NCBI GenBank assembly: GCA_965199855.1 | Contig: OZ241326.1 | Span: forward strand, 864,001-928,000 | Direction: 5' to 3' | Source: a bacterium | Lineage (GTDB): Bacteria > UBA8248 | DNA length: 64,000 nt | Shown here: in pieces, positions 29,013 through 39,019 of the stretch | Position numbering within the stretch: the first letter of the stretch is position 1 | How the letters are laid out: every line of letters begins with the position of its first letter | Notes under the pieces: model-generated | What the model saw: the letters and a program-made list of their open reading frames with translations, nothing else | What the model was told of the DNA's origin: nothing | Database searches by the model: none | Translations under genes and position numbers: made by a program

Positions 29013-31052
29013 TCACCCCCCCGGCGGGTCGCAGGGGGCGTAGCGCGAAAAGCGCATGACGAAGGCGGCGCGGCCCTGGGTGGCGGAGCGAAGCGCCGTG
29101 GCGTAGCCGAACATCCTGGCGAGGGGCGCCGAGGCGCGGACGACGCTCACCGGCGAGGCGCCGCCGCGCTCCTCCGTCGCGGATATCCTCCCGCCGCGCG
29201 CGGCGAGGTCGCCCAGGACGGCGCCCAGGAACTCCCCCGGGGTCGTCACCTCCACCGACATGACGGGTTCGAGCAGCCGCCCGCCCGCCGCGCGGCAGGC
29301 CTCCGTGAAGGCGTTCGCCGCCGCGATGGCGAAGGCGGCCTCGGAGGCGCGGGCGGGGTCGTAGTCCGCCTCCAGCAGGCGGACGCGCAGGTCGGTCATC
29401 TCGTAGCCCGCCATCGCCCCGCTCGACGCGGACGCCTCGATGGATTCCAGCGCGGCGGCGGCGAGGCTCGCGGGAATCACGGAGTCCTCCAGCGCGCTCT
29501 CGCGCGAGACGCCCGCCCCGGGCGAAGGCGCCACGCCCACGCGCACCCGCGCGAAGCGGGGCTCGCCCGCCAGCTCGCGCTCGAAGACGGACTCCGCCTC
29601 AGCCTCCTTCAGGAGCGTCTCCCGATACACCACGCGGGGGGCGCCGACGCGGACGCGGACGCCGAATTCCTCCTCCAGGCGGCGCGCGAGCACCTCCAGA
29701 TGGAGCTCGCCCATGCCGCTCATCACCGTCTGGCCGGACTCCGCGTCCGCCCGCGCCAGGAAGGTGGGGTCCTCCGCCTGGAGCTTCGCCAGCGCCTCGT
29801 CCAGCTTCCGCGCGCCCGCGGCGTCCGCGGGCTCCGCCGCGACCGAGATGACGGGCCGGGGCGCGCGAATGGACTCGAACGCCACCGGCTCCCTCCCGTC
29901 GCAGAGGGTGTCGCCCGTGGCGGCCTCCTTCAGGCCCGCCGCCGCCACGATGTCGCCCGGCCCGGCGGACTCCAGGCGCTCGCGCTTGTGGGAATACATC
30001 CTGAAGATCCGGGCGAGGCGCTCGGCGCGCCCCCGCGCGGGGTTCCACAGGCTCTCGCCCGCCCTGGCCGAGCCGCTGTACACCCTCAAATAGGTGAGGC
30101 GCCTGCCCTCGTCCATCTGCACCTTGAAGGCGAGGGCGGAGAAGGGGGCGTCCTCCGTCGGCGGGCGGACGGCGCGCTCCCCGTCCCCGGGCCGCGCGCC
30201 GCTCGCGGGGGGGACGTCCGCCGGCGAGGGCAGATAGTCCACCACGGCGTCCAGCAGGGGCTGCGCGCCCATGCTCCTGAGAGAGGAGCCGCAGAAGACG
30301 GGCACGAGCTCGCCCGCGAGCACGGCGCGCCGCAGCGCCGCCTTCACCGCGCCGGCGTCCGCGCGGCCGTCCTCCAGATACGCCTCCATCAGGGCTTCGT
30401 CGCAGTCCGCCGCCGCCTCGACGAGCGCCTCCCGCAGCCGCGCCGCCTTCTCCGCGAGCGCCCCGGCGGGCCGGGAGCGGCGGAGCGCCCCCTCCTCCCA
30501 GGTGAGAAAATCGCCGCTCAGCGCCTCGACCTGGCCGGCGTAGCGCTCCCCCTCCCCGTCGGGCCAGTGCATGAGCGCGGGCCTGGCGCCCAGTTTCTCG
30601 GCCATCATCTCCACCGTCCGCTCGAAGTCGGCGCCCAGGCGATCCATCTTGTTGATGAAGGCGATTCTCGGCACGCCGAACCTGTCCGCCTGGCGCCAGA
30701 CGGCCTCGCTCTGCGGCTCGACGCCCTCCACCGCGCTGAAAATCGCGACGGCGCCGTCCAGCACGCGCAGGCTTCTTTCCACCTCGATCGTGAAGTCCAC
30801 GTGGCCGGGGGTGTCGATGATGGTGATCTCGTGCCCCGCCCAGACGGTGGTGATGGCCGCCGAGGTGATGGTGATGCCGCGCTCGCGCTCCTGGCGCATC
30901 CAGTCCATGGTCGCCGAGCCGTCGTCCACCTCGCCGAGGCGGTGCACGGCGCCCGAGCAGAACAGCATCCGCTCGGTGGTCGTCGTCTTCCCGGCGTCGA
31001 TGTGGGAGATGACGCCGATGTTTCTTCTCATCGAAAGCGCGGGGCGCTTCAT
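29013..31052 (-). CDS. fusA: Elongation factor G paralog (EF-G2-like)
   Basis: [46 protein letters not shown]; outside the str operon. Confidence 0.88.
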   Translation of the reverse strand: MKRPALSMRRNIGVISHIDAGKTTTTERMLFCSGAVHRLGEVDDGSATMDWMRQERERGITITSAAITTVWAGHEITIIDTPGHVDFTIEVERSLRVLDGAVAIFSAVEGVEPQSEAVWRQADRFGVPRIAFINKMDRLGADFERTVEMMAEKLGARPALMHWPDGEGERYAGQVEALSGDFLTWEEGALRRSRPAGALAEKAARLREALVEAAADCDEALMEAYLEDGRADAGAVKAALRRAVLAGELVPVFCGSSLRSMGAQPLLDAVVDYLPSPADVPPASGARPGDGERAVRPPTEDAPFSALAFKVQMDEGRRLTYLRVYSGSARAGESLWNPARGRAERLARIFRMYSHKRERLESAGPGDIVAAAGLKEAATGDTLCDGREPVAFESIRAPRPVISVAAEPADAAGARKLDEALAKLQAEDPTFLARADAESGQTVMSGMGELHLEVLARRLEEEFGVRVRVGAPRVVYRETLLKEAEAESVFERELAGEPRFARVRVGVAPSPGAGVSRESALEDSVIPASLAAAALESIEASASSGAMAGYEMTDLRVRLLEADYDPARASEAAFAIAAANAFTEACRAAGGRLLEPVMSVEVTTPGEFLGAVLGDLAARGGRISATEERGGASPVSVVRASAPLARMFGYATALRSATQGRAAFVMRFSRYAPCDPPGG

Positions 31053-31152
31053 CGGAAAATCCCCTCCCCCCGGAGCCGGGGCGCAGGTTACCTTGACGGG
31101 GACGGGACGGGAAAGCGCGGGCGCGCGCCGGGGACGCGCCCGGACGGGGGAA

Positions 31153-31383
31153 TCAGGCGGCCTCGGGCCTCTGCGGGGTTTTGGGATTCCACCCGGCGAA
31201 GGGGAGCTCAGGCGCGGGCGTAAGCCTCGACTCGAGCTCCTCCTGGCGATGGCGCCAGTCCTCATAGGAGATTCGGCGCTGCAGATAGAGGGCGAGGTTC
31301 CTCATGCACGCCTGGTGGATGCGCCTCGAGTTCCGGCTCGTCTCATTCATTCCGTATCCGGGTCTTCGTTCCGTGGTCGCCAT
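31153..31383 (-). CDS. Small hypothetical protein (76 aa)
   Basis: Strong [13 protein letters not shown] 6 nt upstream of ATG; AT-rich upstream region. Confidence 0.55.
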   Translation of the reverse strand: MATTERRPGYGMNETSRNSRRIHQACMRNLALYLQRRISYEDWRHRQEELESRLTPAPELPFAGWNPKTPQRPEAA

Positions 31384-31431
31384 GACGGGCCTCCTTTCCT
31401 GCCTGCTCTCCGCGAGAGAGAATCCCTCTTG

Positions 31432-31478
31432 ATCCTATATATAGTGCCTGTTTCGCTGTCGCGCACTATATTTTGTGT
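31432..31478. promoter_or_regulatory. Tandem NrdR-box-like operators
   Basis: ATCCTATATATAGTGC (31432-31447) and GCACTATATTTTGTGT (31463-31478), 31 bp start-to-start; resemble the NrdR consensus acaCwAtATaTwGtgt. Confidence 0.6.
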
Positions 31479-31701
31479 TAAAATCCCGTTAAAAATCCGC
31501 CGCCGGACGAAGAATTTCCGGATTCCCCATCCCGCGCGAATACGAATATAATACGAAAATATGAATCGCGCAACTCTTTTTTTCGCCCCGGCGCGCCAAA
31601 CGCTATACTATCGGGCGGGCGTCGCTTCGGGACGGCTTCCGACGTCCCTGACGCCCCGAAGCTTTCGCGCTCCCCCGCCCCAGGGATGCAAAGGACGCGC
31701 C

Positions 31702-32610
31702 ATGGCCCCGAAGAGAATCTCCCGCAATCCGCTTTCCGGATGGCCCGCCCTGCTGGCGTCCATCCTCCTGCTCGCCGGCTGCGGCGGAGGCTATGAAACG
31801 AAAACCGCGCGCGGCGAGGGCGTTCGGGAGTGGTTTTTGGAATTCTCCTGGGGGCGCGTGGAGGCTTACGCCGTCTGGCCTCCCGACGAGGGGCGCTTCT
31901 CCGGGCGAGGCCGCCCGGCGATCCTTCTCCTGCACGGCTCGAACGCCCGCGCCCAGCGATTCAGGCGCGCCATGCTGAATCACGCGCGGGACGGGTTTTT
32001 CCTCATGAGCGTCTCGCTTCCGGGCTTCGGCGCGTCGACGGGGCCGGAGGATTTCGCCGGGCCGAGAAGCGTGGAGGCCGTCCTGGGCGCCGTTCGGCAT
32101 CTGGGCGCCAGGCCGAACGTCGACAAAGCCGGCGTTTTCATCTACGGCGTCGGGCAGGGCGCTTCGACGGCGGCGCTGGCGGCCGCCGCGGGCGGGGAGG
32201 CCGCGGGCCTGATTCTCGAAAACGGATTCTACGACATGGAGACAGCCTACGCGCGCTCATCGGAGAGCCGGCGCGCCAGAATCCGCGCGGCGCTCGGCGG
32301 CCCGCCCGCTCAAAGGCCGGCCGCCTACCGGGAGCGCTCCGCCATTCGGGCGGCGGCCGGAATCAGGTCCCCGGTTCTTCTCCTTCACGGCCGGAAGGCG
32401 CCCTATCCCCTCGGCGGCGCCGAGGCTTTTCTGAAAGCGCTGAGGGCGGGCGGCGGAAGCGCGGAACTCCGGCGGGTGGACAAGCCGGGCCCCTTTGCGT
32501 CTCCCGGAAGCCCGAACATCGGGAAGCGGGTCATCCCCTACGCCAGGAGAATATACGAGGCGCGCCGGAGCGTCTCCGGCGATCGAAAGCCCGGGTCCGG
32601 TCGGCGATAG
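31702..32610 (+). CDS. Alpha/beta-hydrolase-fold lipoprotein lacking the canonical nucleophile
   Basis: LAGC lipobox, ILLLHG, SLPGFGAS, GVGQG at the GxSxG position, PVLLLHG. Confidence 0.75.
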   Translation: MAPKRISRNPLSGWPALLASILLLAGCGGGYETKTARGEGVREWFLEFSWGRVEAYAVWPPDEGRFSGRGRPAILLLHGSNARAQRFRRAMLNHARDGFFLMSVSLPGFGASTGPEDFAGPRSVEAVLGAVRHLGARPNVDKAGVFIYGVGQGASTAALAAAAGGEAAGLILENGFYDMETAYARSSESRRARIRAALGGPPAQRPAAYRERSAIRAAAGIRSPVLLLHGRKAPYPLGGAEAFLKALRAGGGSAELRRVDKPGPFASPGSPNIGKRVIPYARRIYEARRSVSGDRKPGSGRR

Positions 32611-32633
32611 CGCCCGGTTCGCCGGGACGCGCT

Positions 32634-33776
32634 CTATGGCGCCCTCTCCCGGGACTCGATTCTCGCCAGCCGCTCCGCAACCGGCGGATGCGAATGAAAG
32701 AGCGCGACCACCCAGCGGGGCGGCGCGGGGTCGGTCAGGTTCCGCTCGCACAGCCTGGCGAGGGCGGAGGCCAGGCCGCCGCCCGTCCCCGCGCGGAGGG
32801 CGGCCCAGCGGTCGCACCGATGCTCGAGGGCGCGGGAGATCGCCAGAAGCAAGGGCGAGGCCGCCGCCCCCGCGCAGGTCAGGACGACCCAGACGACCAC
32901 GAGGCCGGCGGGCGCGCCCGGCCGCGCGAGAGCGGGGCTTCCCCACGCGCCCGGCCAGCCCAGCGCCTCGTGGGAGAGGCAGAGGCCCAGCGCCAGCGCC
33001 GCGCTCCTCATCGCCAGAAGGGCCGCGATGTGCCGGCCCGCGTGATGCGCGACCTCATGCGCCAGGACGGCCTCGATTTCATCGTGGGGAAAGCCGAGCA
33101 GGGTATCCGAGAGAATCACGCGCCGGGAGGGCCCCCAGCCGACCAGGGCGGCGTTCGCCGTCCGGCTTTTGGAGCTCATCTCCATCTCCCAGACGCCGCC
33201 GCGCACCCTCGCCTTCGTTCTATCCAGCAGGCCGAGGAGCCGCTCCCTGAGCTCCCCGTCCGCCAGGGGCCTGAAGCGAAAAAAAAGGGGCGCGAGCAGA
33301 ACGGGGGCGATCAGGGAGAGGAAAGCCAGCAGCAGCGCCCCGGCCAGCGCCGCCATCCACCACCAATCCTCCGGCCGCGCCGCCATGAGCACAAGGCAGC
33401 CGCCGCTGGCCCCGCCGCCGAAAAGGAGCAGAAGCGCCAGGCCCTTGCATCTGTCCCGCAGCCAGCCGGCCGCCGATTCGTTCGAGAGTCCCTCCCGGCG
33501 GGCGAGGACGCGGCTTCCGTAGAAGTCGGAAGGCAGGGAGACCAGCGCCTTCGAGACGGCGATGAGGGAGAACGCGGCGAACCCGCTCCAGAACGCGCCG
33601 CCCGACGCGCTTCCGGCGTCCGCCCGCAAATGCCAGAGCAAAAACAGCAGCAGGACGCCGAACTCCAGCGTCGAGGACAGCAGGCCCCAGAGCAGGCGCC
33701 GCGTCTGATACGCCCGCGCGCGCCTCAGAAAATCCTCCTCGAAAATCGGAAGCCCGGCGGGGCTCGGTGCGTCCAT
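32634..33776 (-). CDS. M48 family (Ste24-like) metallopeptidase
   Basis: TM helices, ANAA, ILSDTL, HEVAH, HSHPP..ER. Confidence 0.88.
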   Translation of the reverse strand: MDAPSPAGLPIFEEDFLRRARAYQTRRLLWGLLSSTLEFGVLLLFLLWHLRADAGSASGGAFWSGFAAFSLIAVSKALVSLPSDFYGSRVLARREGLSNESAAGWLRDRCKGLALLLLFGGGASGGCLVLMAARPEDWWWMAALAGALLLAFLSLIAPVLLAPLFFRFRPLADGELRERLLGLLDRTKARVRGGVWEMEMSSKSRTANAALVGWGPSRRVILSDTLLGFPHDEIEAVLAHEVAHHAGRHIAALLAMRSAALALGLCLSHEALGWPGAWGSPALARPGAPAGLVVVWVVLTCAGAAASPLLLAISRALEHRCDRWAALRAGTGGGLASALARLCERNLTDPAPPRWVVALFHSHPPVAERLARIESRERAP

Positions 33777-33940
33777 TCGCGTCTCCGGGCGCGGGTTTCG
33801 GAAGCCGAAAAGGGCGAGGCGATAATTTGGCAAATCGCCCGCGATTGTGCAAATATGCTTCCCGGAAGCCCGAGCCGAAGAAGCCGGGCGCGCGAAGCCC
33901 GCCCCCCGGAGGCGCGCCTGAAGCCCAGGAGATTTCGCCC

Positions 33941-34975
33941 GTGTCCCGCCGCCTCATCGACTTCAGAAGCGACACCGCGACGCGCCCCACGCCCGCGATG
34001 CGCGAGGCCATGGCCGGGGCGCGGGTGGGCGACGACGCAATCGGGGAAGACCCGAGCGTCAACGAGCTCACCCGCAAGGCGGCCGCCCTCTTCGGCAAGG
34101 AGGACGCCCTCTTCGCGCCGTCCGGCACGATGGCCAACCAGCTGGCCATCAAGGCGCACACGAACCCCGGCGAGGAGATCATCGCCGATTCGCACTGCCA
34201 TCCCTTCAGAAGCGAGCTGGGCGCGGGCGCCTTCCTCTCCGGAGTGCAATTCGCCCTCGTCCCCGCTCGCCGCGGCGTCTATGGCCGCGGCGAGGCCGAG
34301 GCGTGGCTGCGGCCCGAAGGAGGGCATCCCAGAAGCGCGCTCCTCTGGGTGGAGAACACGCACAACCAGGGCGGGGGCAGCGTATTTCCCCTCGATCGCC
34401 TCGACGAGCTGCGCGCCTTTTCGAAGGAGCGGGGCGTCCCCCTGCACATGGACGGGGCGCGCATCTTCAACGCCGTCGTCGCCTCGGGCGTTCCCCCGCG
34501 GGAGTGGGGGAGGCGCTGCGATTCGATGTGCTTCTGCCTCTCCAAGGGGCTGGGCTGCCCCGTGGGTTCTCTCCTGCTCGGGGAGGAGGCGTTCATCCGG
34601 GAGGCGCGCCGGTATCGGAAAATGTGGGGCGGCGGCTGGCGGCAGGCGGGCGTTCTGGCCGCGGCGGGAATCTACGCCCTGGATCGCCACGTGGAGCGTC
34701 TGGCGGAGGATCACGCCAACGCCCGGCTCTTCTCCGAGCTCACCGCCGGCATTCCGGGGGTTCGGCCGGTCCATGACACGACGCCCACCAACCTCGTGTT
34801 CCTGGACGTTTCGGAAACCGGAAGGACGGCGCGCCGGATCAGCGAGGCGGCGATGGAGCGCGGCGTCGCCTTCTCGGTTCCGAACGAGAGGACGCTTCGC
34901 GCCGTCGCCCATCTGGACGTATCGAGAGAAGACGCGCGGACGGCGGCCCGGGTATTGGCGGAAGCGGCGAAGTGA
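33941..34975 (+). CDS. ltaE: Low-specificity L-threonine aldolase
   Basis: DFRSDT, SGTMAN, ENTHN, HMDGAR, SKGLG, RQAG. Confidence 0.92.
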   Translation: MSRRLIDFRSDTATRPTPAMREAMAGARVGDDAIGEDPSVNELTRKAAALFGKEDALFAPSGTMANQLAIKAHTNPGEEIIADSHCHPFRSELGAGAFLSGVQFALVPARRGVYGRGEAEAWLRPEGGHPRSALLWVENTHNQGGGSVFPLDRLDELRAFSKERGVPLHMDGARIFNAVVASGVPPREWGRRCDSMCFCLSKGLGCPVGSLLLGEEAFIREARRYRKMWGGGWRQAGVLAAAGIYALDRHVERLAEDHANARLFSELTAGIPGVRPVHDTTPTNLVFLDVSETGRTARRISEAAMERGVAFSVPNERTLRAVAHLDVSREDARTAARVLAEAAK

Positions 34976-35763
34976 GCGCGCCCGCGCGGGTCACCGTCCT
35001 CGGCTGCGGAACCTCCACGGGCGTCCCCACCATCGGGTGCGAGAGTCCCGCCTGCCTTTCGGACGATCCCAGAAACAAGCGGCTGCGCCCGAGCATCCTC
35101 ATCGAGCGCGCGGGGCGAAACCTGCTGGTGGACACGGGCCCCGACCTGCGGGCGCAGGCGCTCGCGCACCGCGTCACCCGCGTGGACGCCGTGGTCTATA
35201 CCCACTTTCACGCGGATCACACCCACGGCATCGACGATCTGCGAACCTTCAACTTCCTGATGGGAAAGCCGATTCCCTGCTACGCCTACCCGAACACGGC
35301 GCGGATTCTCCGCCGGAACTTCAGCTACATCTTCGGCGGCGCGCGGGACGAGAGCGGCGAGGGCGGCTTCAGACCGCAGCTCACGGTGGAGGAGGTGGAC
35401 GGCGGCTCGTTCCGGGCGGCGGAGATCGACGTCGTCCCCTTCGAGCTCGAGCACGCCGGCATGAAGGTGATGGGGCTGCGGGTGGGCGACTTCGCCTACG
35501 CCACGGACTGCAACGCCATCCCGGAAGAATCCATGGGCATTCTGGCGGGGGTGCGCGTCCTCATCCTCGACGCCCTGCGCCACCGGGAGCACCCCTCCCA
35601 CTTCACGGTCGCCCAGGCGCTGGAAGTCGTCGAGGCGCTCAAGCCCGAGCGGACGTATTTCACCCACACCAACTACGAGCTGGAATACCACGAAACCAAC
35701 CGGAGCCTGCCCGGCGGCGTGGAGCTCGCCTACGACGGGCTGCGCTTCGAGATATTCCCGTAA
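34972..35763 (+). CDS. PhnP-like MBL-fold metallo-hydrolase
   Basis: LGCGTSTGVP, DTGPD, THFHADHTHG, YATD, LAYDG. Confidence 0.9.
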   Translation: MSAPARVTVLGCGTSTGVPTIGCESPACLSDDPRNKRLRPSILIERAGRNLLVDTGPDLRAQALAHRVTRVDAVVYTHFHADHTHGIDDLRTFNFLMGKPIPCYAYPNTARILRRNFSYIFGGARDESGEGGFRPQLTVEEVDGGSFRAAEIDVVPFELEHAGMKVMGLRVGDFAYATDCNAIPEESMGILAGVRVLILDALRHREHPSHFTVAQALEVVEALKPERTYFTHTNYELEYHETNRSLPGGVELAYDGLRFEIFP

Positions 35764-35770
35764 GGGGGGG

Positions 35771-36586
35771 CTAGGCGCCGCCCGCGTCGTCCGGGGCTTC
35801 CTCCGATCCGTTCGCGCTCGCCCCTTGGCAAAGGTCCGAGAACAGGAGATACCCCGCCAGATAGTACGAGATCGAGGTCACCATCACGCCCGTCTGCAGC
35901 AGCACCTGGCCCAGGAGCCCGCCGCCGAAGATTCCCTGCGTCAACTGCCACAGAATGAACCAGACCAGAAGATAGGTCATCGCCAGGGCGACGACGGCTC
36001 TCTCTCCGCCGCCCGAAATCGCGCCGGCGCGGCGGAAGGCCCCTGCGAAGCCGTCCCCGTAGAGCAGCGCGGTGAGCGTGCAGAAGTAATACCGCACGGC
36101 GGGGGCGAGAACGAGAAAGGCCGTTATGGCGAAGGCGAAGGGGAGCGCGATGGGCGAATCCCCGAACAGAGAGCCGAAGAGAAACAGGGTGGACGCGAAC
36201 CCGACGACGCTCAGCAGCTGGAGGCCGAAGGTGTAGGCGAGGTCCACCCCGGCGACGGACGCGAGGCGATTCATCGCCGAGGCGACGTCCCAGACGCCGC
36301 CCTCGCCCTTGCGCTCGGACTCCACCCGCAGAATCAGGAGGATGAACAGAAACACCTGCAGCACGCGCAGGAGCAGCTGGGAGGCGATCATGAGAGGAAA
36401 CAGGAGCGCGAGGTTCGCCTTCGGGTCCATCAGCGACTTGAGCGAGGGGTGAACCGAGAGCGCCGCCATGGAGACGGGAACGTAGATCATGACGACGAAG
36501 CGGGTGATTCGCGCGAAATCCGCCGCGTGGCCGCGCACGCCGTATTCGATGTATTTCGAGAGGGGCCCGACCGCCTGGACGCTCAT
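35771..36586 (-). CDS. Hypothetical multi-pass membrane protein
   Basis: Six hydrophobic segments in the 3' part of ORF 35771..37456; ATG at 36586. Confidence 0.7.
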   Translation of the reverse strand: MSVQAVGPLSKYIEYGVRGHAADFARITRFVVMIYVPVSMAALSVHPSLKSLMDPKANLALLFPLMIASQLLLRVLQVFLFILLILRVESERKGEGGVWDVASAMNRLASVAGVDLAYTFGLQLLSVVGFASTLFLFGSLFGDSPIALPFAFAITAFLVLAPAVRYYFCTLTALLYGDGFAGAFRRAGAISGGGERAVVALAMTYLLVWFILWQLTQGIFGGGLLGQVLLQTGVMVTSISYYLAGYLLFSDLCQGASANGSEEAPDDAGGA

Positions 36587-36766
36587 AAGAATAAACCCTT
36601 GAGAAGGACGCGGCCGCGCGAGCGTTGACCCTCCGCCGCCGGAAGCGATACACTGGGCCCGCTTTTCCGCCGCCGCGCGAATCGCGCCGCGCCGCCCCCG
36701 GCAGCCGCCCCGCAGCCGATGACGCCCACTATACTTGCTCGCGGCGAGGAATAGAAGGCAGGCCCG

Positions 36767-37555
36767 ATGAGTTTCGCGGCAATCATCCAGGGAGGCGTCC
36801 GGGCGCTCGGCCGGCGCGCGATGGAGGCCGTCGGCGGCATGGGGAGCGCCGCGATCTTCCTGGCCGAATCCGTCCGGTGGCTCTTCGCGCCGCCCTGGCG
36901 GCTCTCGCTCCTGACGCGCCAGATCTACGTTATCGGCGCGGGTTCGCTCTCCATCGTCCTGCTGTGCGGCCTGTTCACCGGAATGGTGCTGGCGCTCCAG
37001 GGAATCTACGCCTTCAGGAAATTCGGCTCCGAGGCCTTCCTGGGCCCCGCCGTCGCCTTCAGCCTCATCCGGGAGCTGGGGCCCGTGCTCACCGCCCTCG
37101 TCGTCACCGGCAGGGCGGGCTCCGCCATGACGGCCGAAATCGGCATCATGCGGATCACCGAGCAGGTGGACGCCCTCAAGAGCATGGCCGTGAACCCCCT
37201 CCAGCGCCTCGTCTCTCCCCGGCTTCTCGCGGGCGTGATAGCATTTCCGCTGCTCACGGCGCTCTGCGACGTCATCGGCATATTCGGCGCCTACCTCGTG
37301 GGCGTGGAGCTGATGGGCATGAGCCCCGGCACTTTTTTCGGCGAAATGCGGGACAAGATCGAGATGCGCGACGTCATGGTGGGCGTCTGGAAGTCTCTCG
37401 CCTTCGGCCTGCTCGTCACCTGGGTCTGCTGCTACAAGGGGTATCACTGCGGGCACGGCGCCGAGGGGGTGGGGCGGGCGACCACCTCGGCCGTCGTCCT
37501 CTCTTCCGTCCTGATACTGGTGGGCGACTACTTCCTCACCTCGATTCTCATCTGA
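36767..37555 (+). CDS. mlaE: MlaE-family ABC permease
   Basis: RELGPVLTA, GRAGSAMTAEIG.MRITEQVDAL, GAEGVGRATT. Confidence 0.93.
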   Translation: MSFAAIIQGGVRALGRRAMEAVGGMGSAAIFLAESVRWLFAPPWRLSLLTRQIYVIGAGSLSIVLLCGLFTGMVLALQGIYAFRKFGSEAFLGPAVAFSLIRELGPVLTALVVTGRAGSAMTAEIGIMRITEQVDALKSMAVNPLQRLVSPRLLAGVIAFPLLTALCDVIGIFGAYLVGVELMGMSPGTFFGEMRDKIEMRDVMVGVWKSLAFGLLVTWVCCYKGYHCGHGAEGVGRATTSAVVLSSVLILVGDYFLTSILI

Positions 37556-37570
37556 AGAAGGAACGGAGCC

Positions 37571-38014
37571 TTGTCCCGGAAAAACGTGGAAATCGGCGTC
37601 GGCGCGTTCGTTCTGGCGGGCGTCCTCGCCCTCGCCTATCTCTCCATCCAGCTCGGCGGCCTCGACATTTTCGACGCCGGCACCTACGAGGTCTCGGCGA
37701 AGTTCACGAACGCGACGGGCCTGAGGCGGGGCGCGCCGGTGGAGATGGCGGGCGTGCGCGTCGGGCGGGTGAGCGGCATCGCCCTCGACGGGGAGGACGC
37801 GAGGCTCACGCTGCGCCTCGATGAAAGCCTCCGCCTCTCCCGCGACTCCATCGCCTCCATCCGGACGAAGGGAATACTGGGGGACAAATACGTCAGCCTC
37901 AGCCAGGGGGGCGCGGAGAAGATCATCCCCCCGGGCGGACGGATTCGGGAGACGGAGCCCCCGATTGACATTGAAAAGCTCATCGGCGAATTTGTATTCG
38001 GCAAGGTGAAGTGA
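37571..38014 (+). CDS. mlaD: MlaD MCE-domain protein
   Basis: EIGVG.F TM, F..ATGL..GAPV..AGV.VG.V, GILGDKYV. Confidence 0.92.
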   Translation: MSRKNVEIGVGAFVLAGVLALAYLSIQLGGLDIFDAGTYEVSAKFTNATGLRRGAPVEMAGVRVGRVSGIALDGEDARLTLRLDESLRLSRDSIASIRTKGILGDKYVSLSQGGAEKIIPPGGRIRETEPPIDIEKLIGEFVFGKVK

Positions 38015-38091
38015 AGCCCCGCCCCGAAAGGATCGGCGCGAAGCGGCGGCCCGCCGCCCTTCCGTCCGCGAGAGCCGCGCAGGGAGACCCC

Positions 38092-38697
38092 ATGCTTTCG
38101 AGAAAGCGCCTCTCCCTCCTTCTCGCCCCGCTTCTCGCCGGCGCGCTCATGGCGCCGCCCGCCGGCGCGGGAGAGCCGACGGAGATACTGCGCGCGGGGA
38201 CAAGCGGCGTCCTGGAGATTCTCCGGGACCCCGACCTCAAGGCTCCCGAGAAGAAAGCGGAGCGCAGAAGCCGCATCCGCGGGATCATTCATCGGTATTT
38301 CGACTTCGAGGCGATGTCGCGGCGAAGCCTGGCGAGGAGCTGGCGAAAGCGCTCGCCGGAGGAGAAGCGCGAATTCGTCCGGCTTTTCAGCCGTCTCATG
38401 GAGCGCAACTACGCCGACAAGCTGGAAAGCTACACGGACGAGAAGATCGTCTTCGGCAAGGAGACGCTCGACGAGGAATTCGCCAGGGTCGAGTCGAAGG
38501 TGATTCTCACGGACGAGCGGGAAGTCTCCATCGCCTACCGAATGCACAGGGTGGAGGGCGAATGGCGCGTCTATGACGTCCTGGTGGAGGGCATCAGCTT
38601 CCTCAAGAACTACCGCGAGCAGTTCCGCTCCGTCATCCGGAGAACCTCCTACGCCAACCTCGTGAAGATGCTCCGGGCCAGGCGAGACGGGGACTAG
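38092..38697 (+). CDS. mlaC: MlaC/Ttg2D periplasmic lipid-binding protein
   Basis: Signal peptide, FDF..MSR..L...W, WRVYDVLVEGIS...NYREQF. Confidence 0.9.
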   Translation: MLSRKRLSLLLAPLLAGALMAPPAGAGEPTEILRAGTSGVLEILRDPDLKAPEKKAERRSRIRGIIHRYFDFEAMSRRSLARSWRKRSPEEKREFVRLFSRLMERNYADKLESYTDEKIVFGKETLDEEFARVESKVILTDEREVSIAYRMHRVEGEWRVYDVLVEGISFLKNYREQFRSVIRRTSYANLVKMLRARRDGD

Positions 38698-39019
38698 AAG
38701 GATCGCCCGCGGCGGGCGGGCGGGCCGGCGCGGGAGGAAGCGGGTATCTGCGGCCCACTTCCGCGTGATCGCGAAGCCCCATCGCCTCCCTCTGCGCGAT
38801 GAGGAAATAGCGCCAGCGCTCCGCTTCGTCCATCGCGCGGTGGAGCGCGCCTTCGAGCCTTTCCCGGCTCTCGCCATCCTGCCCCTTCTCCCGGGCGCGC
38901 CACGCGCTCCACGCCCTTTGACGGCGCTTCTCGAACTCGCTCCCGACGCGGCCCAGCGAGGCGGCCTTCTCCCCGGCTATCTCGCGCTCCACCGCCAGGG
39001 GCCTGAAGTTTCCGCTCAC
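38633..39019 (-). CDS. Conserved hypothetical protein (DUF6665-like)
   Basis: GTG overlapping the MFS stop; EIAGEKAASLGR...WRYFLIAQREAMGLRDH pattern. Confidence 0.55.
   Translation of the reverse strand: MSGNFRPLAVEREIAGEKAASLGRVGSEFEKRRQRAWSAWRAREKGQDGESRERLEGALHRAMDEAERWRYFLIAQREAMGLRDHAEVGRRYPLPPAPARPPAAGDPSSPRLAWPGASSRGWRRRFSG

Noticed and set aside
31830-35774. 1314-aa Arg/Gly/Pro-rich ORF
   Set aside because: Alternative-frame artefact overlapping four well-supported genes.
36767-38697. mlaE-mlaD-mlaC without the mlaF ATPase
   Set aside because: The ATPase is probably encoded elsewhere; split mla loci are not unusual and this cannot be judged from one window.
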